From an uncultured Bacteroidota bacterium (GTDB taxonomy: Bacteria > Bacteroidota > Ignavibacteria > UBA10030 > UBA6906): 64,000 bases of DNA. The notes below the pieces were generated by a model. The model made no database searches. It worked only from the letters and a program-made list of their open reading frames with translations, and had not been told where the DNA came from. The position numbers were made by a program, and so were the translations under genes. This document shows positions 48,939-57,245 of this stretch, one piece after another (positions within the stretch are counted from its first letter, which is position 1; each line of letters begins with the position of its first letter). The stretch is from assembly GCA_963700635.1 (NCBI GenBank), contig CAVOYH010000004.1, positions 864,001 through 928,000 of the forward strand, given 5' to 3'.

Positions 48939-50398
48939 CCCGGGATTACCTTCATCTCGTTCATCCGGAGATTGGGCATACATTCCCCCACGTCTGCATT
49001 CAGGTAGGTCGGGTCACAGACGATGTACTTCTTCCCCTTGTATCTGACTGACACCCCGTTCACGTCCCCACGGAAGCGCACTGCTGTTGCAATGTGACCG
49101 GGGAAATCAAGCCCTATTACCTCCAGCCCTGTGACGTGTTTTACGATGTAGGAGAACAGGATCGCGCGGTCTTCGCAATCGGAGAAGGGATAAAACAACG
49201 TCTCGTCGGGAAACATCGGTTTCTCCCTTTGGAAAACCTCCTGATCGGTTTTGTATTCGAACGCTCCCTGCACGAAGCGCAGGATGATATTTACGGCCTC
49301 CCATTCGCCTTTTCCCTCGACCAGCGGTCGCAGTCCGGCCAGGAGCGAAGTGGTCGCCAGGTTCGATGCAGGGGACGAGAAATAAACCGAGAAATCGGTC
49401 TGCGGATAAAACTCGAAAAAGCGGACTACATCTTTGCGAAGCGCCACCGGAATTGAATACACTTTTCCGCGATACGAAAATGTCAGAGTTTTGGAGACTG
49501 CTTCCTCCTTCAATGCGGGCGGCTGCAAAAGACGGAAGCTGCACAGGCGGTTGTCGCCCGGAGCGTCTCCATCATAAGAATACAGGCTTTTTTGTGGCGG
49601 CACGACGGCTTGTTCCAGTGAGACCACGTAGTAGCGCCTGCCGGTCTTTTGCATGGTGAGAAAAGAAGCACCAAAAAGGGTCTCCTCAGAACCGAGGAGC
49701 AGGAACAGATCGTCTTCTGTGTATCCCACGCGTGCGTCGATACCGGACTTGTTGAGCATGAACCAGGTGAAGAAAACAGCGGACTGCGGAGATCCGCCGC
49801 CCATGGAGAGTCCTGTAGCATAGAGCAGCCTGCAATACCCCCAATCGTTCAGCCGGAGTTGTTTGCGGTAATCCTGGACTTTCTGCAAAACCGGATTAAA
49901 CTGCGCAGCGCTCATTTCTTCCCATGCCAACGCAATACCTTCCTCATTTATCTGGCGGGGCTGAGGCACGGGAAAACGATCCGCACCGGGAATGTGTACC
50001 GGGGTGCCGAAAAACTCGACGGAGGACGCCGGTATTTCTTCGATTCGATCCAGCTTCTTCTCGACCGGGGGGATGCCGGGGTCGACCGGCTTCGGCCGTG
50101 GAACAGGCACCGGCGGAGTCGCGTCAGGAACAGGTGCCGGGCTTTCATTGGAAATCTTCCGGGGCTGGATCGCGACAGGCTTTGGTTTTCTGAATGGTCC
50201 CGTGCCCTTCATGACCTCCATCTCTTCCCATGACTTGCGGAGGAACTCGGCAAACTCTCGGTCGGATTCCGCCTTAAACTTCTCAAAGTCCTTCTTTTCC
50301 CGTTTCAGGAATTCCTCAAAAGACTCCTCCTGCGCGATCCCCATACTTGTTGTACAAAGAACGCCGGCGCATGCCAGAATTATCAGGTGTAATCTCAT
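48935..50398 (-). CDS. Secreted protein with transglutaminase-like C-terminal domain
   Basis: Signal peptide, charged coil, Pro-rich linker; DCEDRAIL, GHIATAV, CDPTY (putative Cys-His-Asp triad). Confidence 0.7.
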   Translation of the reverse strand: MRLHLIILACAGVLCTTSMGIAQEESFEEFLKREKKDFEKFKAESDREFAEFLRKSWEEMEVMKGTGPFRKPKPVAIQPRKISNESPAPVPDATPPVPVPRPKPVDPGIPPVEKKLDRIEEIPASSVEFFGTPVHIPGADRFPVPQPRQINEEGIALAWEEMSAAQFNPVLQKVQDYRKQLRLNDWGYCRLLYATGLSMGGGSPQSAVFFTWFMLNKSGIDARVGYTEDDLFLLLGSEETLFGASFLTMQKTGRRYYVVSLEQAVVPPQKSLYSYDGDAPGDNRLCSFRLLQPPALKEEAVSKTLTFSYRGKVYSIPVALRKDVVRFFEFYPQTDFSVYFSSPASNLATTSLLAGLRPLVEGKGEWEAVNIILRFVQGAFEYKTDQEVFQREKPMFPDETLFYPFSDCEDRAILFSYIVKHVTGLEVIGLDFPGHIATAVRFRGDVNGVSVRYKGKKYIVCDPTYLNADVGECMPNLRMNEMKVIPG

Positions 50399-50515
50399 AA
50401 GGACCTCACGCTGTGAAATGAAGAACACCCCGCGGATGTTTTGCTGTCACCATCATATCAAGGACCCATTTCTGAAATCACGAATGACGTGGGCGCCATC
50501 GCGCATACATGGTCT

Positions 50516-50929
50516 TCAGAACAATTCTGCGAGCGCACGGGTCACGCCAAAAACCAGCCAGATCGTCATTGCCCCGAGGAAGAGGAATCGTTTCACGATC
50601 GTACTGCGGAGGAGCAGAAGTTGTTTCCCTGTCCCGGCTTCTACAACACATGTCAGTGCGAGCGAGACCATCCCTGCGAGAACCAAAGGTCCCATCAGGT
50701 GAAACTGAAATGCCGCCTGCAGGTGCCCATGGGAGGCGGCCTGAAGGGAGCGGGTCATTCCGCACGTGAGGCAGCTTATACCCGTGAATTCACGAAACAA
50801 ACAGTGGGAAACCGGAAGTCCCTCCGGTCCCGGGACCAGAATCCATCCGAACACCAGGGCCAACCCCGTCGCCAGAAAGGCTCTCCATAAACGGGCATCA
50901 CGCGAGAGCGCATTTCCCCACCCATCCAT
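50516..50929 (-). CDS. DUF2752 family membrane protein
   Basis: CLFREFTGISCLTCGMTRS...HG....A...H motif. Confidence 0.8.
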   Translation of the reverse strand: MDGWGNALSRDARLWRAFLATGLALVFGWILVPGPEGLPVSHCLFREFTGISCLTCGMTRSLQAASHGHLQAAFQFHLMGPLVLAGMVSLALTCVVEAGTGKQLLLLRSTIVKRFLFLGAMTIWLVFGVTRALAELF

Positions 50930-50946
50930 ACGGCGGATCTCCTCGA

Positions 50947-51894
50947 TCAGGATTGTGGCAAACCCTGCGTGGCGCTGCCCGGCTTCTCCCGCGGGAAGAG
51001 CTGATACGCCGGCCCGAATTGCTCCAGGAATTCCAGGCTGAATGCGCGCATCGTGTACGATATCGGGAGCAGGACAACGGCGTTTATATACGGGATAATC
51101 AGGAACAGAAAGCCGATACAGCATGTAAGGACAGCAACCAGAATAATTCCGATCACTATGAGGATCCACAATACAAACGTGAACAGTCCGTACCCGATGA
51201 ACAAAAGAACATGGGAGCCGAAGAGGGGCAGAAAGTCGCGCAGAGCTGCCAGTACCCCGATTCTGGACCGGTACATGATGGGCACGACAAAATCCACGAC
51301 CATAAGGTTGACGAAGCCGGCCAACAGGAAAATCTTGATCAGGCCTAGACCGATTATGATGACGGGAACAATGAGCTCTGTGAGATCCCCTGAATGCTCA
51401 TAGACATTCAGAATAATCGAGTATCCGTAGACAAGAAGCGAACCGATAATCAGAAAAACAAAGAGCCCCACCGAGATGTTCCAGAAAAAGAGGGAGTTTC
51501 CCTCACTCCTGAGCTCATACCAGGGTTTGGCGACCTGCGCCCGATCATGGACTACGTTGTCCAGGAACATAAACTTTCCCCGGGAGCTCAACCAGGTGAG
51601 GAGGATCACCAGGATGAAGATCAGAATCACGCCGAGGATGATCGCTGTAAACCAGATGGGGTGGGCGTTAAGCCATTCCATTGCGTGTCGCGGGAAATAG
51701 ATCAGTTCTTCCAGATCACTCCGCCCCCCGGTGTGTTTCCCCCCTCCTCCCCCATTACCATGACAGTCCGTCAGTCCGGCGAGGAAGGCTGTAAATCCTA
51801 CAACAAACCACTTCCGCAGATCGAAGGGTCCAAACAAAGCCCGTCGCATACGGTTGAACGCCCGGGACAACGGCTCAAAGAAGCGTATCGGCAT
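50947..51894 (-). CDS. Multi-pass membrane hypothetical protein
   Basis: Several hydrophobic helices; SRGKFMFLD, DFVVPIMY, TCCIG. Confidence 0.75.
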   Translation of the reverse strand: MPIRFFEPLSRAFNRMRRALFGPFDLRKWFVVGFTAFLAGLTDCHGNGGGGGKHTGGRSDLEELIYFPRHAMEWLNAHPIWFTAIILGVILIFILVILLTWLSSRGKFMFLDNVVHDRAQVAKPWYELRSEGNSLFFWNISVGLFVFLIIGSLLVYGYSIILNVYEHSGDLTELIVPVIIIGLGLIKIFLLAGFVNLMVVDFVVPIMYRSRIGVLAALRDFLPLFGSHVLLFIGYGLFTFVLWILIVIGIILVAVLTCCIGFLFLIIPYINAVVLLPISYTMRAFSLEFLEQFGPAYQLFPREKPGSATQGLPQS

Positions 51895-51955
51895 TGTTTC
51901 CTCCTCTCGTCGATTGTGAGGTTGAGCGAGTTTGCCGGTGCGGGAACGGCACGAG

Positions 51956-53779
51956 TCACTCGGTTACTTCCAGTGTCCTGAAATCGAGCACGCGTCTTTG
52001 ATCCTTGTAGGTGAGCAAGAGTTGCTCACTGCCGACTTCCGCGTTGAGAAATGGCCCCTCGAACAACGGATATGTTGTCAGATCCACTGCCGAGCCGTTC
52101 AGTGTGCGGCGTTCGGGATAGATAAACTGCATTCGTGCATTGTCCAGCGTGACATACTCGATACGGACATCACCCGGGATCAGGGTTGCCTGCGGCAGAT
52201 GTGAGCGTAATCCAGAGCAGAAGCTCTCGAACGACCCCACTTCCGCTTCGGAGCGCACTTCGATGACATATCCGTTTTGCAGGTGATGACTCCTGAGGCG
52301 CCAGTGAACATGACCTTTGTCTGACCAGACCTTTTCCGCAGGCCCGATGCCGCTCTTTCCCTGTGCCGGCGTTTCATGTTCTTCCATCCAGACGTATTCC
52401 TGAAGAGGATACCATCCGACATAGGTTCGACCCGCCTTGCAGAAAATCCATCCCGAACTGTCCACAAGACGGTTATCGAGGTTACCAGGGAAAAAACCGT
52501 CGATGTGCTCTGTCGTTGTGCCCGGTTCGATATCGTACAATACAATCAACGTGTTTTTGTGCTGGAATGTCCGCTCGAAGGGTGACCCCCCCGTCCACTT
52601 ATCCGGATTGTTGTAGGTTCCCTTCGACTGCGTGACGTCGGCAATAAGAGGTTTGAGCTCTTCGGGGAAGAACAACCCCAGCTCATAGGCGGACCAATAC
52701 GGATGAAGTCCGAAGATGGTGCTTGTGGGATAACAATGCCGGAAGCGCACTCCCCACGTGTGTTGCTGAATCGGCTGCAGGAGACCGCCCTGCAGCGCTC
52801 CCAGGCCGTACTCTGCCGTCACGTATGTCTGCTTGTAGACGGGGGGATTCCGCTCCGTCCCGAAGCGGATGACATTGCGCACTCGTTTCCGTTCTTTATG
52901 GAGATACGGCGCAGAACGATCTGTGGCAATCTTGTAGATAATCTCGGGGAGGCGATAGTTGCCGATCGCCGGGAGGAGTACCCAATGGCTTTGCGTCGGG
53001 TCCCCGGTCCCGAAAAACAGATAGGCAAATGCCGAAGCACCCGAGAGTAAGGGCTTGAACACGGCGGGCTGGTATATCCGGCTGAAACCGCCAAGATACT
53101 GACCGTCCAGCTGATCAACGGCAAAATCAGCAAGAAGATAATCCAGCAGCATGCTCGCGCGTTTACGCATCGCCCGGTCACTCGCATTATCCGCAAGCAG
53201 CGACAGGGCGACTGCATATTCAGTGAAGTAGTCAGGAGTGTCAAATTCTCCCTGCCCGATCGTCGTGGTGATCCGGGTCCAGTGTTCAAGGTATTCACGC
53301 GCTTCGGCCAGATTCTCATCCGAACTTTTCCCGTTGAACCACTCCGACCCGGAAAGTCCGGGCCACTGTTCCGCTGCGAGAAAGAGCGAAGAGTAGTACA
53401 TGGCCCAGTGGTTTTCCGTGTCCCCCCTGTACGGCGTGTAGGTCTTCCAGGCGTTTCGCACGGCCGCTTCTGTTGCGGGTGACATCTTGTCCTTTCCGTG
53501 GAGATACGCGCCGATCACAGGGTACATCCAGAACATATCCCCCCTGCAGTCACGCAGCAGCACCTGAAACATGCTGTCGGCAATCCGGATCCCATTTCCC
53601 GCTGCATACCGTGCCGCCACAACAGTATAATTTAACGCCGTGGATGTGTCAAACGCGGACACTATGTGCCGGGCACGCTGATCAAAGGCGGCCAGATACT
53701 CTTCCCGCGTCTGGTGCTGGGCGGTCGCCTGTGAGAAACAGAAAAAGACAGTGCACACGATAAAAGGGACTAGCTTCAT
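51956..53779 (-). CDS. Secreted hypothetical protein (helical N-terminal half, beta-rich C-terminal half)
   Basis: Signal peptide …QATA-Q; 607-aa ORF; TENH..M and GEFDTPDY motifs. Confidence 0.75.
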   Translation of the reverse strand: MKLVPFIVCTVFFCFSQATAQHQTREEYLAAFDQRARHIVSAFDTSTALNYTVVAARYAAGNGIRIADSMFQVLLRDCRGDMFWMYPVIGAYLHGKDKMSPATEAAVRNAWKTYTPYRGDTENHWAMYYSSLFLAAEQWPGLSGSEWFNGKSSDENLAEAREYLEHWTRITTTIGQGEFDTPDYFTEYAVALSLLADNASDRAMRKRASMLLDYLLADFAVDQLDGQYLGGFSRIYQPAVFKPLLSGASAFAYLFFGTGDPTQSHWVLLPAIGNYRLPEIIYKIATDRSAPYLHKERKRVRNVIRFGTERNPPVYKQTYVTAEYGLGALQGGLLQPIQQHTWGVRFRHCYPTSTIFGLHPYWSAYELGLFFPEELKPLIADVTQSKGTYNNPDKWTGGSPFERTFQHKNTLIVLYDIEPGTTTEHIDGFFPGNLDNRLVDSSGWIFCKAGRTYVGWYPLQEYVWMEEHETPAQGKSGIGPAEKVWSDKGHVHWRLRSHHLQNGYVIEVRSEAEVGSFESFCSGLRSHLPQATLIPGDVRIEYVTLDNARMQFIYPERRTLNGSAVDLTTYPLFEGPFLNAEVGSEQLLLTYKDQRRVLDFRTLEVTE

Positions 53780-53971
53780 GGGAATGCTCAGTAGGTGCGG
53801 GTGATTACAGTTATCTCTCGACTGTAATATACGACTCCAGAGACAAGGAAACAGTCTGGCCTGGAATTTTCAGGCGGGTATCGGCTTCAAGGAAAGGCCC
53901 GGAAGTATTCCCGGGCCAGCCACGTGAATGCAAGGTAGATGACGAACGGCCACGGTGTAACGACCGGATTG

Positions 53972-55168
53972 TTACGTGCCCCGGAAGATCGTTTCCTCCC
54001 GGCCGAACCATTTTGCGCATCCCCACAGACTCAACGAGGCAAGGATAGTGAGTGTCACATAGACCTCCACCAGAAGCAGCGGCTTGATGGTTCCGGCTAT
54101 GATCTCTTTTGTAGCCAGGGATACATTCAACACGGGAATCATTGCAGTGACCCAGTCGAGCTCCACACCTGGCATAATACCGACCAGAACTGGGAGAATA
54201 ATCACGATGGAAAGCGGACTGATCAGGCTCTGGGCCTCCTTAAATGATTTTGAGAAAATAGACAACCCCAGAAGTATCGCCGCAAAGAATACGGTGAGTG
54301 GCAGCAGGAGCGACAACACAAGGACGATGGTCTGCAGGTCAAGGATACCCCTAATCAACTGCATCAACTCCTGCGGGATCTCCGGTATCTGTTGAAAGGC
54401 GACATAGACGCCGAGAAGCGATACTACCGCACTGAGAATACCGGCCAGGACCACGACCGCAAACTTTCCCAGGAGGATTTGGAATCGGGTGATCGGCGCG
54501 GTCAGGAGGGTTTCCATGGTCCCCCGCTCCTTTTCTCCGGCAGCCAGATCAATGGCGGGATACATGGCACCCAGAAAACAGAATATGACAAAGAAATATG
54601 GGACCATCCCCCCGACCGCTTTTCCAAAACGTTCCTTGGCTGAGGCGACGTCGTGTTCGTGCACCTTGACCACGTTTACGATGTTCTCATCCAGATCCAA
54701 TGTCTTGAACCGCGCGGCCGTCAGGGACTTCTGGAATCGTTCGATTACAGCCCTCAGGCGTCGTTTGACCATATCATAATCTTCGGAAGACTTGTAGTAC
54801 AGAGTGATGTTGCCGGAGCGCAGCTGACGCACTTCAGCGTCAAAATCCCGCGCAACAACGATAAACGCATCGAGGCTGTCGCGATTGACAAACTCGTACG
54901 CGCTGTCTGAGGAAATGCCCTCGATCGTTCGAAGCCCGCGGGTCTGCAGCAGCTCTTTTGCCAGGTCGGGCGCATTCTCGTTTGTTACCAGTCCGACCCG
55001 GATGATCTTCTCCTCTGCCTTTTGCATGGAAGAGGTCTGGAGTTTTGTGACAACCGTCAGGAGCAACGGCACGAGCAGCAAGGGAAAAATGATCATGAAG
55101 AACAGCGTCCGCCGGTCGCGGATCGTGTCGGTAAATTCTTTCCGGAAGATTGTTACAAAATGGTTCAT
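53972..55168 (-). CDS. natB: ABC transporter permease, NatB-like
   Basis: RKE..D..RDRRTL, AGEKERGTMETLL, SKSFKEAQ. Confidence 0.85.
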   Translation of the reverse strand: MNHFVTIFRKEFTDTIRDRRTLFFMIIFPLLLVPLLLTVVTKLQTSSMQKAEEKIIRVGLVTNENAPDLAKELLQTRGLRTIEGISSDSAYEFVNRDSLDAFIVVARDFDAEVRQLRSGNITLYYKSSEDYDMVKRRLRAVIERFQKSLTAARFKTLDLDENIVNVVKVHEHDVASAKERFGKAVGGMVPYFFVIFCFLGAMYPAIDLAAGEKERGTMETLLTAPITRFQILLGKFAVVVLAGILSAVVSLLGVYVAFQQIPEIPQELMQLIRGILDLQTIVLVLSLLLPLTVFFAAILLGLSIFSKSFKEAQSLISPLSIVIILPVLVGIMPGVELDWVTAMIPVLNVSLATKEIIAGTIKPLLLVEVYVTLTILASLSLWGCAKWFGREETIFRGT

Positions 55169-55169
55169 G

Positions 55170-55937
55170 TCAGGCTCCCTCCACCAGGCGGACGAACTCG
55201 TCTTCAACGGATGCCGTCTGCATCTGGTCCTGAAAATCCGTAAAACTGCCGTTAAAAATCAACGATCCGCGGTGGATGATGGCCAGGTCGTCACTGAGCA
55301 GGCTTACCTCCCCCATCCGGTGCGTGGAGAATATTACTGTCTTTTTCTGGGTGCGGCAGTCCTTGATCAGCTGGATGATACTCCGGGAGGAGATCACGTC
55401 GAGAGCCGCCGTGGGTTCATCGAACACTACCACGTCGGGGTCATGAATGATCGTGCGCGCGATGGAGACCTTCTGTTTCATCCCGGTCGATAGTTTGCCG
55501 ATTCTTCGTTTGGCAAATTCGTGGATTCCCAGAAGTGAAAAGAGCTCATCGCGTCGATGACTGTATGTTTGTGCATCCATCCCGTGCAGGTCTGCATAAT
55601 ACTTGACCATCTCATCCGGTGTAAGGCGGTCGTAGAGTCCGGTGTTCCCGGTGAGGAAGCCCATCCTCTTTCTGGCCTCCACGGGGTTTCTGGCAACATC
55701 AAAGCCCATCAGGGTGATCGCACCGGCGGTGGGTACGAGCATCGTGGCTATCAGGCGTAACGTGGTCGTTTTTCCCGCACCGTTTGGTCCAAGCAGAGTA
55801 AAGACCCGGCCGGGATTACACGTAAAACTGACATCCTGCACGGCGTCCACTGTTTTGCCGGAGAATCCGGGGCCCATATCCCGGCGTTGTTGCCGGGAGA
55901 CCTTGAAGGTTTTTGTGAGATGTTCAACAGTGATCAT
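55170..55937 (-). CDS. natA: ABC transporter ATP-binding protein, NatA-like
   Basis: GPNGAGKTT, LSTGMKQK, VFDEPT, FSTH. Confidence 0.88.
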   Translation of the reverse strand: MITVEHLTKTFKVSRQQRRDMGPGFSGKTVDAVQDVSFTCNPGRVFTLLGPNGAGKTTTLRLIATMLVPTAGAITLMGFDVARNPVEARKRMGFLTGNTGLYDRLTPDEMVKYYADLHGMDAQTYSHRRDELFSLLGIHEFAKRRIGKLSTGMKQKVSIARTIIHDPDVVVFDEPTAALDVISSRSIIQLIKDCRTQKKTVIFSTHRMGEVSLLSDDLAIIHRGSLIFNGSFTDFQDQMQTASVEDEFVRLVEGA

Positions 55938-55968
55938 AACTGTTTCCGGAATCAGCGGTGATTGGAGT

Positions 55969-57006
55969 TCAGGGGCGGCGGTGGTACAGCGCTACCAGAG
56001 CGGCGCCAATGGCTTGTGAGAGATCCCCGAGTGCAGCCGGGACAACGGTGATGCGTCCGCGCTGTGCAGGCCAGAGCCACGGTTCCATGGTGTCACGAAC
56101 TATCCGGAGATAGCGTAGGCGGAATTCTTCGGTCGTCGACTCGGGATCCATGAGTCCCCCGCCGATGACCACGAACTCGGCATCCAGCGCCATGACGAGA
56201 TTGGCGGCATGCAAACCCATCACCCTGGCCTGAAAATCAAAAATTTCAACTGCCAGCGGATCCCCCTTCTGGGCCAGCCCGCGCAGGCTCAGGGCTTTCT
56301 CCTTTGCGCTCAATGGCGACCGTGCGAGCTCATGATCAGGATATTTGGCCAATTTGTCAGTCAGCAGGTGTGGCAGGCCGGAGATGGTCGTGTAGACCTC
56401 CACACAGCCCCACGTGCGGCCGCAGCCGCACGGATACGCCTTTGTATCCAGAAGGTGTAGCGGCGCAGGCATGTGCCCGGCTTCCATACCGTTGAGTGTA
56501 TCACCATCCAGCGGGAGGCCGCTCGCGCCGATATAGGCAGTGCCCAATCCGGAACCGGGGGCCAGCATCACGACAGAGCTTTTACTCTTGCCGCGTGCAT
56601 GTTGCGCCTCAGCCACACCCCCGTAATTCCCATCATTCCCGACCACAAGCGGAACAGTACGTCCCGCACGTTCGCATAGTGCGCTGCTGTATGCAGTGTA
56701 AAAATCCCATCCCTCAAAATTCGCCGGGAGGTTGGGCGAGCGGTCCATCACGCCGTACGCCTTGTACGGTCCGGGCATGGCCAACCCTACACCCTGCACC
56801 TGATCCCACGTCAGGGTATTACGGATCAAATATTCATTCACGCCCTCCATCCATCCGCGGACGACAGCCGTGGTACCCGATTCAGCGTTCGTCGGCTGTT
56901 GTGCCAGCCTGGTTGAAATGGTGCTGCCGTCCTCCCACACACCGCCGGTTTTGGACGAAGTTGCACCGCTATCCGTGCCGATATAGACCTGACGTCTTCC
57001 GCTCAT
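55969..57006 (-). CDS. ROK family sugar kinase
   Basis: IGTDSGATS, AMPGP, GNDGN, GSGLG, EAGH, CGCG..GCVE, IGGG; no N-terminal HTH. Confidence 0.88.
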   Translation of the reverse strand: MSGRRQVYIGTDSGATSSKTGGVWEDGSTISTRLAQQPTNAESGTTAVVRGWMEGVNEYLIRNTLTWDQVQGVGLAMPGPYKAYGVMDRSPNLPANFEGWDFYTAYSSALCERAGRTVPLVVGNDGNYGGVAEAQHARGKSKSSVVMLAPGSGLGTAYIGASGLPLDGDTLNGMEAGHMPAPLHLLDTKAYPCGCGRTWGCVEVYTTISGLPHLLTDKLAKYPDHELARSPLSAKEKALSLRGLAQKGDPLAVEIFDFQARVMGLHAANLVMALDAEFVVIGGGLMDPESTTEEFRLRYLRIVRDTMEPWLWPAQRGRITVVPAALGDLSQAIGAALVALYHRRP

Positions 57007-57092
57007 AGACCTGCCTTCTTTTCGTTGAATTAGGAAATTTCCATCCGGAACAACATAGTGAATTTGAGCGGAAATCTCTACTACAGACATAT

Positions 57093-57118
57093 GAAAAGCC
57101 CCGGTTTCGGCCGGGGCT
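57093..57118 (-). terminator. Rho-independent terminator-like hairpin
   Basis: AGCCCCGG-CCGAAA-CCGGGGCT followed by TTTC on the minus strand. Confidence 0.6.
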
Positions 57119-57245
57119 GGATGGTGGGTCGAACGTGGGACCAACCCGCCAGGAACTCGGCTTTCCCGAGTTCAGGCTGCGCAAAACAGTTCCAGCCACA
57201 ACGATCGGGAGCGCGCCCGTATCATTCGGCTGGTATCAGGTGATC

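Noticed and set aside
57121-57140. GTTCGA...CCA on the minus strand as a tRNA fragment
   Set aside because: No T-stem or acceptor-stem pairing.
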